From an uncultured Gemmatimonadales bacterium (GTDB lineage: Bacteria > Gemmatimonadota > Gemmatimonadetes > Gemmatimonadales > Gemmatimonadaceae): 64,000 nt of DNA. The notes under the pieces were generated by a model. The model was not told the DNA's origin and ran no database searches. It saw only the letters and a program-made list of their open reading frames with translations. Positions 39,880 through 49,590 of the stretch are shown piece after piece. Both the position numbers and the translations under genes were made by a program. The stretch covers positions 480,001-544,000 of the forward strand of contig CAVPQB010000006.1 in assembly GCA_963707505.1 (NCBI GenBank). Reading direction: 5' to 3'. Within the stretch, counting starts at the first letter, position 1. Each line of letters opens with the position of its first letter.

Positions 39880-41754
39880 ATGACCGAGAGATGCCAAGTG
39901 GCGGATGAAAATGACGTCGCGGAGTTCTACACCAGGCGAATAGCGAGTCTGCGTGCATCGCACGGCGTCGCCGCGCAGCAATGGCGTCGTCTTGCCAATC
40001 TGCGGCTGGTCGTATTCATCCTTGCCGCGGCGTCGATATGGTGGCTGGTCGATGCAGGGCTCGGGGGGCGTGCGATACCAGCGGTCGTGACGATCGTCAC
40101 GATTGTTCTGTTCTCGTATCTGGTTGCGCGCAGTTCACGGGCCAGGACCCGGGTGACTCGCCTCGCCGATCTCGTGCTGATCAATGAAGAGGCGGTGCAT
40201 CGCGTTCGGAGAGAATGGTCTGCGCTCGAGCGGCGTCCATGGGCTGACGTCCCGGTCTCGCATCCATATGCGTACGATCTCGATGTGTTCGGATCGGCGT
40301 CGCTTGCTCAGCTATTCCCCGGAGTCAGCGCCGCGCCGGGGCGCACGACGCTCGCATCATGGCTTTTGGCACCGGCGTCAGTGGCCGATTTACGGAAGCG
40401 CCAGGAAGCCGTGGCTGAATTGAAGAACAGGATCGACTGGCGGGATGAGCTGGTACTTCATACACGACGCATCACAACCGGCGCCGAGCGGTTGCGTGCA
40501 TTTGTCGAGTGGGCAAATCGTGAAGATTGGCCTGCTGACAATGGCTGGATCTTCGTGGCGGCGATCGCACTCCCCGTCGCTCTGGTACTCCTGGCCGCGG
40601 CGCAAGCGGTGGGAGCGGTTTCCGGTGCATACTGGCTGATTCCGATCGCGCTCGGCGGCTCCCTGACCGCGCGGTTCAAAAATCCGCTAAGAGTTGCGCT
40701 CGGCCAGGTTCAGGGCCAGCGCAACATGTTGAAAGGATACGCGACCGTTACTCAGTTGGTGGCGACCGAGTCATTCGAGTCCGATGCACTGCGGGACATT
40801 CAACGTGATCTCACTGGTGATGCGAACGCGGCGGGCCAGATGCGCGTGCTCGAACGACTGGCGGATTGCGCAGATGTGAAATTGTCGCCGATGCTTCATT
40901 TTGTCGCGCAGGGGCTCACGCTGTGGGATTTTCACGTCGCGTATCTGCTGACGAGGTGGAAGCGTGATACCGGGAAGCACATCGGTGGATGGCTCGGGGC
41001 GATCGGCGTCGTCGAAAGTATCGCGGCGCTCGCCACGCTTGCGCATGACAACCCCGATTGGGTGTTTCCGAGTGTTGGAGCGCGCGATCCGGCGATGGTA
41101 TCAGCGACGGCGCTCGGCCATCCGCTGTTGCCTGCGTCGAGCAGGGTCGCCAATGACGTGACGGTCGGACCGGAGCGAACGTTGTTGTTCGTGACTGGCT
41201 CGAACATGGCGGGGAAGAGTACGCTCCTGCGTGCCATCGGGTTGAACGTCGTGCTCGCGCAGGCCGGATCGGTGGTATGCGCAGAAGCGATGACATGTCC
41301 ACCAGTGTTGCTCTATACCAGCATGCGCGTACAGGACTCGCTTGCGCGCGGCGTGTCGTACTTCATGGCGGAGCTGGAGCGGCTCAAGCTGATAGTGGAC
41401 GCGGCCGAGGCGGTGAAGGAATCGCATCAACGAAAGTTGATGTATCTGCTGGATGAGATTCTGCACGGGACGAATTCTGCGGAGCGTCTGATTGCGGCGC
41501 GGCACGTGCTGGTACGGCTCATGGATCTGGGTGCGATCGGCGCAGTGACGACGCACGATCTTCAACTTGCGGACGCCAGCGTGTTGGAGCGTGCAGCGCA
41601 GCACGTTCACTTTCAGGAAGTGTTCTCGCGCACCGCGGATGGTCGTGCGACGATGTATTTCGATTACAAGTTGAGGCCTGGGAAGGCGACATCGAGCAAC
41701 GCATTGAAGTTGCTGGAGCTGGTTGGGCTTACGACGGGTGGGGAGATTTCGTAG
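39880..41754 (+). CDS. Membrane-anchored MutS-related ATPase (MutS domain V)
   Basis: TM segments, DLDVFG..SL, TGSNMAGKSTLLR, SYFMAEL, DEILHGTNS, TTHDL. Confidence 0.9.
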   Translation: MTERCQVADENDVAEFYTRRIASLRASHGVAAQQWRRLANLRLVVFILAAASIWWLVDAGLGGRAIPAVVTIVTIVLFSYLVARSSRARTRVTRLADLVLINEEAVHRVRREWSALERRPWADVPVSHPYAYDLDVFGSASLAQLFPGVSAAPGRTTLASWLLAPASVADLRKRQEAVAELKNRIDWRDELVLHTRRITTGAERLRAFVEWANREDWPADNGWIFVAAIALPVALVLLAAAQAVGAVSGAYWLIPIALGGSLTARFKNPLRVALGQVQGQRNMLKGYATVTQLVATESFESDALRDIQRDLTGDANAAGQMRVLERLADCADVKLSPMLHFVAQGLTLWDFHVAYLLTRWKRDTGKHIGGWLGAIGVVESIAALATLAHDNPDWVFPSVGARDPAMVSATALGHPLLPASSRVANDVTVGPERTLLFVTGSNMAGKSTLLRAIGLNVVLAQAGSVVCAEAMTCPPVLLYTSMRVQDSLARGVSYFMAELERLKLIVDAAEAVKESHQRKLMYLLDEILHGTNSAERLIAARHVLVRLMDLGAIGAVTTHDLQLADASVLERAAQHVHFQEVFSRTADGRATMYFDYKLRPGKATSSNALKLLELVGLTTGGEIS

Positions 41755-41851
41755 GCGGTTGCGTTTGACACCCGGCCGCCAACGGTACACGTTTGGTCGG
41801 CGTAAATACGACGTAACCACCATACCCGCGCTGTCGCGCACAGGGGACCCA

Positions 41852-44449
41852 ATGTCGCTCATCGCCCGGATCACTACCTGTGCGGCCGTACTGGTAGCCG
41901 CCGTTCCAGTCGCAACTTCCGCTGGCGCGCAGGGAGTCGCGTCATCGCAAGGTTATCAGGAACCGCCTGAATCCATCCGTCGCATTCTGGATGCGCCACC
42001 CGCGGCAACGGGGAGTGTCAGTCCCGACGGAAAGTGGATCGTCATCGCGGCGCGAGAGCCGGCCGTCACGACCATTGCGGACATGGCGGAGCCGACGCTG
42101 TATCTCGCCGGTCGGCGTTTTCATCCGGTCGCGAGCTACAGAGTGGATACCGTGGGAATTCGCTCGATGCGGTTGAGGCCGGTTACAGGGAGTGCGGCAA
42201 AACCGGTTCCGGTGCCGCCCGGTGGACGGATCGCGCAGTACTCGTGGAGTCCCGATGGTCACATGATCGCCTACACGACCGTCGACAGGTCACTGGGGAT
42301 GGGCATCAAGCTGTTTCCGGTATCCAGCGCAACAGAGATATCGGTGTCGGCCACGGGTCTGCACGGGAAACTCGGCGCGCCGTCGTGGTCGCACGACGGA
42401 AAGTACGTCGCATTGACGGAAGCAACGCGCAATGGAACTGCGCTCTGGATGGTGAACGTTGCAACGCACACGGCCAAACGCATAACGCCTTACACCATCA
42501 ACACGGTAACTGGTGGATGCGACTGGCTCTCGAAGGCGCCGCAGCTCGTTTGCGTCATGAACGTAGCAGGACGTGGCGCACCACCGCCCGAAGGCCAGAC
42601 GCCAGCCGGGCCGATAGTGCAGGAGTCGTACGGGCGCGCCGCTCCAGTGCGCACTATCGAGTACCTACTCAAGAACCAGCATGACGAAGCGCTGTTCGAT
42701 TACTACTTCACCAATCAGGTCACTATAGTCACGCCGGACGGTGCGAGCAGAAATGTCGGCAACCCGGGAATCCATACCCGCGCCGACGCGTCGCCGGACG
42801 GCAAATGGCTGCTGGTTCGCACGGTGCACCGGCCGTATTCGTATCAGGTCGCGCTTAACGATTTTCCGGAGCGCATCGAGGTGTGGTCGCTGGATGGCAA
42901 GGTTGCACGCACCGTCACCGACCAGCCGCTCACCGACAATGTCTCCAGCGCGCGCGACGCGGTCGCAGCTGGAATACGCGTTGCGTCGTGGCGGCCGGAC
43001 GTGCCTGCTGCGGTGTTCACGGTCGAAGCGCTGGATGGCGGTGATCCGCGAAAGCAGATGGACAAGCACGACCGCGTGAGCCTCGTCCCCGCGCCGTTCA
43101 CGAGTGCGCCACAGCCATTCATGGATCTCGAGATGCGTTATCGCGGGATCACCTGGATGTATCCCGATCTGGCGCTTGTAAACGAAGGAACTTCGCGTAC
43201 GGCGAAGCTGCGCACGTGGGCGGTGAATCCGTCTTCGCCTGCTTCAGCACGCATACTGTTCGACCGGAGCTCGGAGGACCGTTACGGTGATCCGGGACGA
43301 TTTGTAACGGTGTACGACTTCGCGAGCGACCGGATGGTGCCGCTTCGCGCCGCGGATGGGCACACGATGTACCTCACGGGTGATGGTGCGTCGGCTGAGG
43401 GCGACCGCCCATTTCTGGATGCGATCGACATGCAGACTGGCAACAAGCGTCGCATCTGGCAGAACTCAGGCGACCATTACGAATTCGTTGCATCGCTCAC
43501 CGATCCGGCTGCCAGGAGCTTCGTCACAAGGCGCGAGTCACCGACCGAGCCGCCGAATTTCTTCCGGCGTGAGGTGGGAACTGATGCTGCCACGAAGCTC
43601 ACGGAGCTTGCCGATCCGGCACCGGCCTTCGCCGGTGTTACCGGAAAGCTGATCACGTACACACGAGCGGATGGCGTCAAGCTCTCGGCGACGATGTATC
43701 TGCCCGCCGGCTACACGCCATCGCAGGGCCGCCTCCCGTTCTTCTTCTGGGCCTATCCGCGCGAGTTCCTATCGGCGGCTGCTGCTTCGGAAGTGCGCGG
43801 ATCGCCGTACGAATTCAAACGGCCCTCTCTGCCGCGCGACCGCCAGTTGCTGCTGCTCGCCGCGGGTTACGGGGTTCTGGACGGACCCTCGATGCCGATC
43901 GTTGCGAAGAACGGCAAGGAGCCGAACGACAGTTATGTCGAGCAACTCGTGGCGAGTGCGAAGGCTGCGATCGACGCAATAGACTCGCTCGGCGTCGGCG
44001 ATCGCAACCGCGTTGCAGTAGGCGGACACTCGTATGGCGCATTCATGACGGCGAATCTGCTGGCACACTCGACGCTGTTCCGTGCCGGAGTTGCCGAGAG
44101 CGGTGCGTACAACAGAACACTCACTCCGTTCGGATTCCAGGCGGAGCCGCGTACGTTCTGGCAAGCAGAAGACATTTACAGTACGATGTCGCCATTCTAT
44201 TACGCCGACAAGATCAAGACGCCGATTCTGTTGATCCACGGCGTGAATGATGACAACGACGGAACATTCCCGATTCAATCGGAGAGAATGTTCGCCGCGA
44301 TCAAGGGAAATGGTGGCACCGTGCGATACGTGCAGCTGCCACTGGAGCCCCATGGATACACGTCGCGCGAAAGCCTGCGGCATGTGATGTGGGAGACAGT
44401 TACGTGGCTGGACAAGTACGTCAAGAACACGACGGAAAAGACCAACTAG
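41852..44449 (+). CDS. Secreted S9 (prolyl oligopeptidase/glutamyl endopeptidase-like) peptidase
   Basis: GGHSYGAFM, SGAYNRTLTPFGFQ, DDNDGT, EPHGY. Confidence 0.92.
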   Translation: MSLIARITTCAAVLVAAVPVATSAGAQGVASSQGYQEPPESIRRILDAPPAATGSVSPDGKWIVIAAREPAVTTIADMAEPTLYLAGRRFHPVASYRVDTVGIRSMRLRPVTGSAAKPVPVPPGGRIAQYSWSPDGHMIAYTTVDRSLGMGIKLFPVSSATEISVSATGLHGKLGAPSWSHDGKYVALTEATRNGTALWMVNVATHTAKRITPYTINTVTGGCDWLSKAPQLVCVMNVAGRGAPPPEGQTPAGPIVQESYGRAAPVRTIEYLLKNQHDEALFDYYFTNQVTIVTPDGASRNVGNPGIHTRADASPDGKWLLVRTVHRPYSYQVALNDFPERIEVWSLDGKVARTVTDQPLTDNVSSARDAVAAGIRVASWRPDVPAAVFTVEALDGGDPRKQMDKHDRVSLVPAPFTSAPQPFMDLEMRYRGITWMYPDLALVNEGTSRTAKLRTWAVNPSSPASARILFDRSSEDRYGDPGRFVTVYDFASDRMVPLRAADGHTMYLTGDGASAEGDRPFLDAIDMQTGNKRRIWQNSGDHYEFVASLTDPAARSFVTRRESPTEPPNFFRREVGTDAATKLTELADPAPAFAGVTGKLITYTRADGVKLSATMYLPAGYTPSQGRLPFFFWAYPREFLSAAAASEVRGSPYEFKRPSLPRDRQLLLLAAGYGVLDGPSMPIVAKNGKEPNDSYVEQLVASAKAAIDAIDSLGVGDRNRVAVGGHSYGAFMTANLLAHSTLFRAGVAESGAYNRTLTPFGFQAEPRTFWQAEDIYSTMSPFYYADKIKTPILLIHGVNDDNDGTFPIQSERMFAAIKGNGGTVRYVQLPLEPHGYTSRESLRHVMWETVTWLDKYVKNTTEKTN

Positions 44450-44459
44450 CACCAACTCG

Positions 44460-44514
44460 AGAATGCGCCCGCTGCGATTTCGACTGATATCGCAGCGGGC
44501 GCATTCTTCGTTTC
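44460..44514 (+). terminator. Rho-independent terminator
   Basis: 19-bp stem AGAATGCGCCCGCTGCGAT/ATCGCAGCGGGCGCATTCT followed by TCGTTT. Confidence 0.75.
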
Positions 44515-44523
44515 CGGCAGGTG

Positions 44524-44560
44524 TAGGGGTTTCCCCTAGCGCCTTTCCAGTTTCCCCCGA
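44524..44560. promoter_or_regulatory. Tandem 15-bp boxes, 22-bp period
   Basis: TAGGGGTTTCCCCTA (44524) and TCCAGTTTCCCCCGA (44546). Confidence 0.6.
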
Positions 44561-44624
44561 CTGAACGGGCGGGCGCTCGCTGATAGGTTGCGGAAGATCC
44601 TCCACAACCTACGGGACGAATATC

Positions 44625-45734
44625 GTGAGCAGGTCGCCCATCAATATCGAAACCATGGAAAATGCAGTGAATGCCGTTGTATCGCGGCGTGAGTCGCGGC
44701 GTTCATTTCTTCGCAACAGCGCAGTTGCCGCGGTGGCAGGAACGCTGGTGAGCGCGTGCAAGCCCGCTGGTGCATCCGAGCGCTCGCCGGAAGTAGTCGC
44801 AAAAGCGGCAACGGTGGTATCGCCGCCTGTCGCGTTTGGCGCCGACGACGTGAGCGCTGCGTCGATCGCCGCTGCCGACGCGATGGACAAGATGCACGAG
44901 GCCGGCATCAAGGCATTCCCGGCCAGAAGCAAGGGACGCGGTAATCAACTTCTCGCACCACGTATCGAGCGTGGAGTGAAGGTATTCGACCTCACTGCAA
45001 AGAGAATGCAGTGGGAAACTGAGCCGGGGAAGGTTACAGAGGCGTGGGCGTACAACGGAATGGTTCCCGGTCCGATGATGCGCGTTCGCGCGGGAGACCG
45101 CGTTCGGGTCAACATCAAGAACGAATTGCCGGAGTCCACGTCCATCCACTTTCACGGTGTTGAGCTCGCAAATTCCCAGGATGGAGTGCCGTTCATAACG
45201 CAGCCTCCCATCAAGCCGGGCGAGAGTTATACGTATGAGTTCGTTCCGCCGAATCACGGCTCGCACATGTATCACTCGCACCACAACTCCACCAAGCAGG
45301 TCAGTCTCGGTCTGCTCGGCGCATTCATCGTCGAGCCAAAGGACAGTTCGGAAGAGCCGCACGCGGACGTCGATCACGTACTGATTCTGAACGACGGGCT
45401 GAACGGCTTTACCATCAACGGTAAGGGGTTTCCAGCTACCGAGCCGATCGTTGCCAAGCTCGGGCAGACGGTGCGGATCCGTTTCATGAATGAAGGGATG
45501 ATGATCCACCCGATGCACCTGCACGGCATGCACATGACGGTGTTCGCCAAGGACGGGTGGGCTCAGCCGCAGCCATGGAAATGTGATACCCTCAACGTGG
45601 CCCCTGGTGAGCGCTGGGACGTACTGGTGAAGTGCAACAACCCCGGCACCTGGGCGTTCCACTGTCACATTCTGCCGCACGCGGAGTCGGAGCATGGAAT
45701 GTTCGGAATGGTGACGGCGCTGATTGTGAAGTAG
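44625..45734 (+). CDS. Tat-exported two-domain multicopper oxidase
   Basis: SRRSFL Tat motif; HFHG, YHSH, HPMHLHG, HCHILPH..GM (type-1 Cu ligands only in domain 2). Confidence 0.9.
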   Translation: MSRSPINIETMENAVNAVVSRRESRRSFLRNSAVAAVAGTLVSACKPAGASERSPEVVAKAATVVSPPVAFGADDVSAASIAAADAMDKMHEAGIKAFPARSKGRGNQLLAPRIERGVKVFDLTAKRMQWETEPGKVTEAWAYNGMVPGPMMRVRAGDRVRVNIKNELPESTSIHFHGVELANSQDGVPFITQPPIKPGESYTYEFVPPNHGSHMYHSHHNSTKQVSLGLLGAFIVEPKDSSEEPHADVDHVLILNDGLNGFTINGKGFPATEPIVAKLGQTVRIRFMNEGMMIHPMHLHGMHMTVFAKDGWAQPQPWKCDTLNVAPGERWDVLVKCNNPGTWAFHCHILPHAESEHGMFGMVTALIVK

Positions 45735-45791
45735 CCAGGGGCAGGCGACGGGCAGGTAGTCATCTTCGTTGGTCATGGTAGCTTTATAGCC

Positions 45792-47390
45792 ATGACCAAC
45801 GAGAGTCAGGCCAGCGCCGACCATACCACCCCGGGCAGTCCGACCGAGTCACCATCGCGGCCGCCATCTGCCGGCATGTACGAAAGGATTCTGGAGGTCG
45901 CGGCGGATGCGATTATCACGATCAACGAGGCACAGGAGATAGTGCATTTCAATCGCGGCGCGGAGCAGATTTTCGGATACCGGAAGGACGAAGTACTGGG
46001 GACAAACCTGAACAATCTGTTGCCGCCGCAGTTCCGCGCGAGCCACGCCGCATATGTCGTCGCGTTTGGCGATTCCACTGAGACGGCCCGGCTCATGGGT
46101 CATCGGCGTGAAGTGTTCGGACTCAGGAAGGATGGAACGGAGTTTCCAGCCGAAGCCTCGATCCTGAAGCTGGATGCGCCGGATGGCCGCCGGCTGTATA
46201 CCGCTCTGGTACGCGATGTGACCGATCGCAAGCGAATGGAAGCGCACCAGCGGTTTCTCGCGGAGGTCGGAATCGCACTCAGTCGCTCACTCGACTACGA
46301 AGCGACGATTGCGTCGGTGGCGCGCCTTCCCGTGCCGACGCTTGCAGATGCCTGTGTTATCGAAGTGATCGACGAGTTGGGGGAGATTCATCGGGCGACG
46401 TACGGCAGCGCCGAACTGTTGAGCGGAGCTGCATCTTCCGATGCAAAGAGGCAGGAATTACCCCTTACCGCGCGCGGCCAGCCGGTGGGCGTGTTGACGC
46501 TACTACACGCCGGCTCGTCACGCGGCAACGACCGGGGCGATGCGATCATCGCAGGCAATTTTGCCGCGCGTGCAGCGCTCGCGATCGACAACGCACGCCT
46601 CTATCAGCACGCGCAACGCGCGACCGCCGCGAGAGACGAGATACTGGGAGTCGTATCACACGACCTCAGGAATCCACTGAGTGCGATAGCGATGTGTTCG
46701 CGGGTGCTCGTGGACACACCCCCTGCCGATGCTGGCGCGCGGCGCGACCTGGCGAAGACCATACACGAATCGACAACGTGGATGTCGCGCATGATTCAGG
46801 ATCTGCTCGACGTTTCTGCGATTGAAGCGGGAGTACTATCCGTAATCTGCGATAGCGAGGATATCGGCCAGATCGTGACACGGGCAGCTGGACTCTTCAC
46901 GCGGAGAGCGGCCGATAACGGTGTCGCCCTCGTAGTCGCAGTGGAGGAACCGCTGGCGCGCGTGTCCGCAGACGCCGAGCGAATGGCACAGGCCATAGCA
47001 AACCTCATAGGGAACGCGGTGAAGTTCACCCCTTCAGGCGGCCGCGTCTCGATCGATGCGCGCACGCGTGGCGGAGTCGTCGAGGTTTCCGTGGCGGACA
47101 CAGGACGCGGGATCGCCGAAGCGGATATTCCATTCATTTTCGATCGATTCTGGCATACACGCGTGTCTGCAGCCGGAACAGGCTTGGGACTGGCGATAGC
47201 GAAGGGAATCGTCGAAGCACATGGTGGAACCATTGCGGTTGGCAGCAAGATCGGAGAAGGAAGTCGTTTCACCATCAGCCTGCCGCGCGAGGGTGCGTCG
47301 GCTGACCGAAACGAAAGTCGGGGACGTTCAAAAGCAAACCCATTGACAGCAGGAGGCGGCGATGACGACCCAGTCAGACTCGGGGCATGA
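45792..47390 (+). CDS. PAS/GAF sensor histidine kinase
   Basis: PAS (FNRGAEQIFGY, GLRKDGTEFP), SHDLRNPL, NAVKFT, GTGLGL. Confidence 0.92.
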   Translation: MTNESQASADHTTPGSPTESPSRPPSAGMYERILEVAADAIITINEAQEIVHFNRGAEQIFGYRKDEVLGTNLNNLLPPQFRASHAAYVVAFGDSTETARLMGHRREVFGLRKDGTEFPAEASILKLDAPDGRRLYTALVRDVTDRKRMEAHQRFLAEVGIALSRSLDYEATIASVARLPVPTLADACVIEVIDELGEIHRATYGSAELLSGAASSDAKRQELPLTARGQPVGVLTLLHAGSSRGNDRGDAIIAGNFAARAALAIDNARLYQHAQRATAARDEILGVVSHDLRNPLSAIAMCSRVLVDTPPADAGARRDLAKTIHESTTWMSRMIQDLLDVSAIEAGVLSVICDSEDIGQIVTRAAGLFTRRAADNGVALVVAVEEPLARVSADAERMAQAIANLIGNAVKFTPSGGRVSIDARTRGGVVEVSVADTGRGIAEADIPFIFDRFWHTRVSAAGTGLGLAIAKGIVEAHGGTIAVGSKIGEGSRFTISLPREGASADRNESRGRSKANPLTAGGGDDDPVRLGA

Positions 47391-47847
47391 TGCAGGAGAG
47401 CCGGATGGTGCGAACCCCGTATTCCGCAAGCTCGATCGCGAGGAGATGGAGCAGCTTCTCGCTCGTAACAACGTCGGGCGGATCGCATTCTCACTGCACG
47501 ATCGTGTGGACATAGAACCGATCAACTACGTGTTCGATTCGGGCTGGATATATGGCCGTACGAGTCACGGTACGAAACTCGCCACGATCGCGCACCATCG
47601 CTGGGTTGCGTTCGAGGTGGACGAGGTCCACGGCATGTTCCAGTGGTCAAGTGTGGTGGTCAAGGGTGCATTCTATCTGATAGATGCGGACACATCGATA
47701 CGGCAGGATCCTGCGTTCAATCGCGGCGTCGACCTGCTTCGGGCACTGATACCTCAAACGCTCACGGCCAACGATCCAACTCCGTTCCGCAATTCGGTGT
47801 TTCGCATTCACCTTGACGAGGTCACCGGCCGCGCGGCGAATGGATAA
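47362..47847 (+). CDS. Pyridoxamine 5'-phosphate oxidase-like flavin-binding protein
   Basis: VGRIAF, PINY, RTSHGTKL, VAFEVDE..WSSVVVKG. Confidence 0.85.
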   Translation: MTTQSDSGHDAGEPDGANPVFRKLDREEMEQLLARNNVGRIAFSLHDRVDIEPINYVFDSGWIYGRTSHGTKLATIAHHRWVAFEVDEVHGMFQWSSVVVKGAFYLIDADTSIRQDPAFNRGVDLLRALIPQTLTANDPTPFRNSVFRIHLDEVTGRAANG

Positions 47848-47883
47848 CGCTTTGGGATATTGCAGCGAAGTCAGAGTGTCCTA

Positions 47884-49590
47884 GTGCTGGTTCCAAAGCT
47901 CGTCACCACGCTCAAGACGTACGATCGCGATCAGTTCCTTGGTGATCTTACAGCTGGAGTGATCGTTGGGGTCGTTGCACTTCCACTTGCCATAGCATTC
48001 GCAATTGCGAGTGGTGTTCCACCAGGTCGCGGCCTGTGGACGGCGATCGTGGCTGGCTTCATCATCTCTGCACTGGGCGGATCACGCGTTCAGATCGGCG
48101 GGCCGACCGGTGCGTTCGTGGTCATCGTGTACGGCATCGTTCAGAAATACGGTATCGACGGCCTCACCGTGGCAACGCTAATGGCGGGAGCGATACTCGT
48201 CATCATGGGGCTGGCGAAGCTCGGCTCCGCGATCAAGTTCATTCCGCGGCCCGTTGTGACCGGTTTCACCAGCGGAATTGCGGTGATCATCTTCTCCGGA
48301 GAGATAAAGGACTTCTTCGGACTTTCGATGGGCACGGTTCCGTCCGCGTTCATCGCGAAATGGCAGGCGTTCGCTGCGCATGCCGGAGCTATCACGCCAG
48401 CTGCGCTCGGTGTGTCAGTTGCCTCGATGGCCATAATTCTGGTGTGGCCGCGAGTGAACCGGCGCATACCCGGGCCGTTCGTTGCCCTGATAGTGATGAC
48501 GGTGGTTGTGCAGCTGCTGCACCTTCCCGTCGAGACGATTGGCTCGAGATTTGGAACAATCGCCGCGTCTGTGCCGCATCCACAGGTGCCACACCTGTCA
48601 CTGGCTCAGATCTCGGCGCTGGTCGGTCCCGCGTTTACCATCGCATTTCTCGCTGCCGTAGAATCGTTGTTGTCCGCCGTAGTTGCGGACGGAATGATCG
48701 GCAGCAGACATCGGTCGAACATGGAGCTCGTCGCTCAGGGAGTTGCCAATCTTGCGGCGCCGTTGTTCGGAGGTATCCCGGCGACCGGTGCCATCGCGCG
48801 CACGGCGACGAACATCAAGAATGGCGGCCGCACTCCAGTCGCTGGAATGGTGCATGCGCTGACGCTGTTGGTCATCACCGTGTTTGCAGGACAGTGGGCG
48901 GCGCTCATTCCACTCTCGGTACTCGCTGCGATCCTCGTCGTGGTCGCGTACCACATGAGTGAGTGGCGGACGTTTCTCGCGGAGCTGCGGTCACCAAAGA
49001 GCGACGTGGCGGTGCTGTTGACGACCTTCCTGCTGACACTGCTCGTCGATCTGACCGTCGGAATTGGTGTCGGAATGGTACTGGCCGCCTTCCTGTTCAT
49101 TCGCCGGATGGCGGAGGTTACACAGATCAGTTCTGTGGCGGATGAGTCAGATGAAGATGCCCATGGCGGTGATCCATATGAGACGGATCCAAACGCCGCG
49201 CATCGCAGGTCGGTGCCGAAGGGTGTCGAAGTCTTCGAGATCAACGGACCCTTCTTCTTTGGCGCCGCAGAAGCATTCAGGGATACGATTGGACAGGTGG
49301 CTCGCAAGCCGCGCGTTCTCATAATTCGAATGCGCTACGTACCGGCGCTCGATTCCACGGGGATGTACACGCTGAGCGAACTGGCGCGTCGCTCCAGGAA
49401 GGATGGAACGACGGTTCTTCTCTCCGACGTGCACATGCAGCCGATGGTTGCACTCAGCGGATCGCCCGCGCTCGCGGAGATCGGGGCGGAGAATCTGTTC
49501 GATAATCTCGATGCTGCGCTGGTCCGGGCCCGCGAGCTGATCGGTGCTCCAGTGGTGGAGAGTGAGATACCGGTTCGCGGGGAGCGCTAG
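47884..49590 (+). CDS. SulP/SLC26 anion permease with STAS domain
   Basis: VALPLAIAFAIASG, GGPTGAF, ATGAIART, GPFFFGAA, ALDSTG. Confidence 0.95.
   Translation: MLVPKLVTTLKTYDRDQFLGDLTAGVIVGVVALPLAIAFAIASGVPPGRGLWTAIVAGFIISALGGSRVQIGGPTGAFVVIVYGIVQKYGIDGLTVATLMAGAILVIMGLAKLGSAIKFIPRPVVTGFTSGIAVIIFSGEIKDFFGLSMGTVPSAFIAKWQAFAAHAGAITPAALGVSVASMAIILVWPRVNRRIPGPFVALIVMTVVVQLLHLPVETIGSRFGTIAASVPHPQVPHLSLAQISALVGPAFTIAFLAAVESLLSAVVADGMIGSRHRSNMELVAQGVANLAAPLFGGIPATGAIARTATNIKNGGRTPVAGMVHALTLLVITVFAGQWAALIPLSVLAAILVVVAYHMSEWRTFLAELRSPKSDVAVLLTTFLLTLLVDLTVGIGVGMVLAAFLFIRRMAEVTQISSVADESDEDAHGGDPYETDPNAAHRRSVPKGVEVFEINGPFFFGAAEAFRDTIGQVARKPRVLIIRMRYVPALDSTGMYTLSELARRSRKDGTTVLLSDVHMQPMVALSGSPALAEIGAENLFDNLDAALVRARELIGAPVVESEIPVRGER

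Noticed and set aside
39880..41754. Mismatch-repair mutS
   Set aside because: It lacks the mismatch-binding domain and has TM helices, so it is a MutS-related family member.
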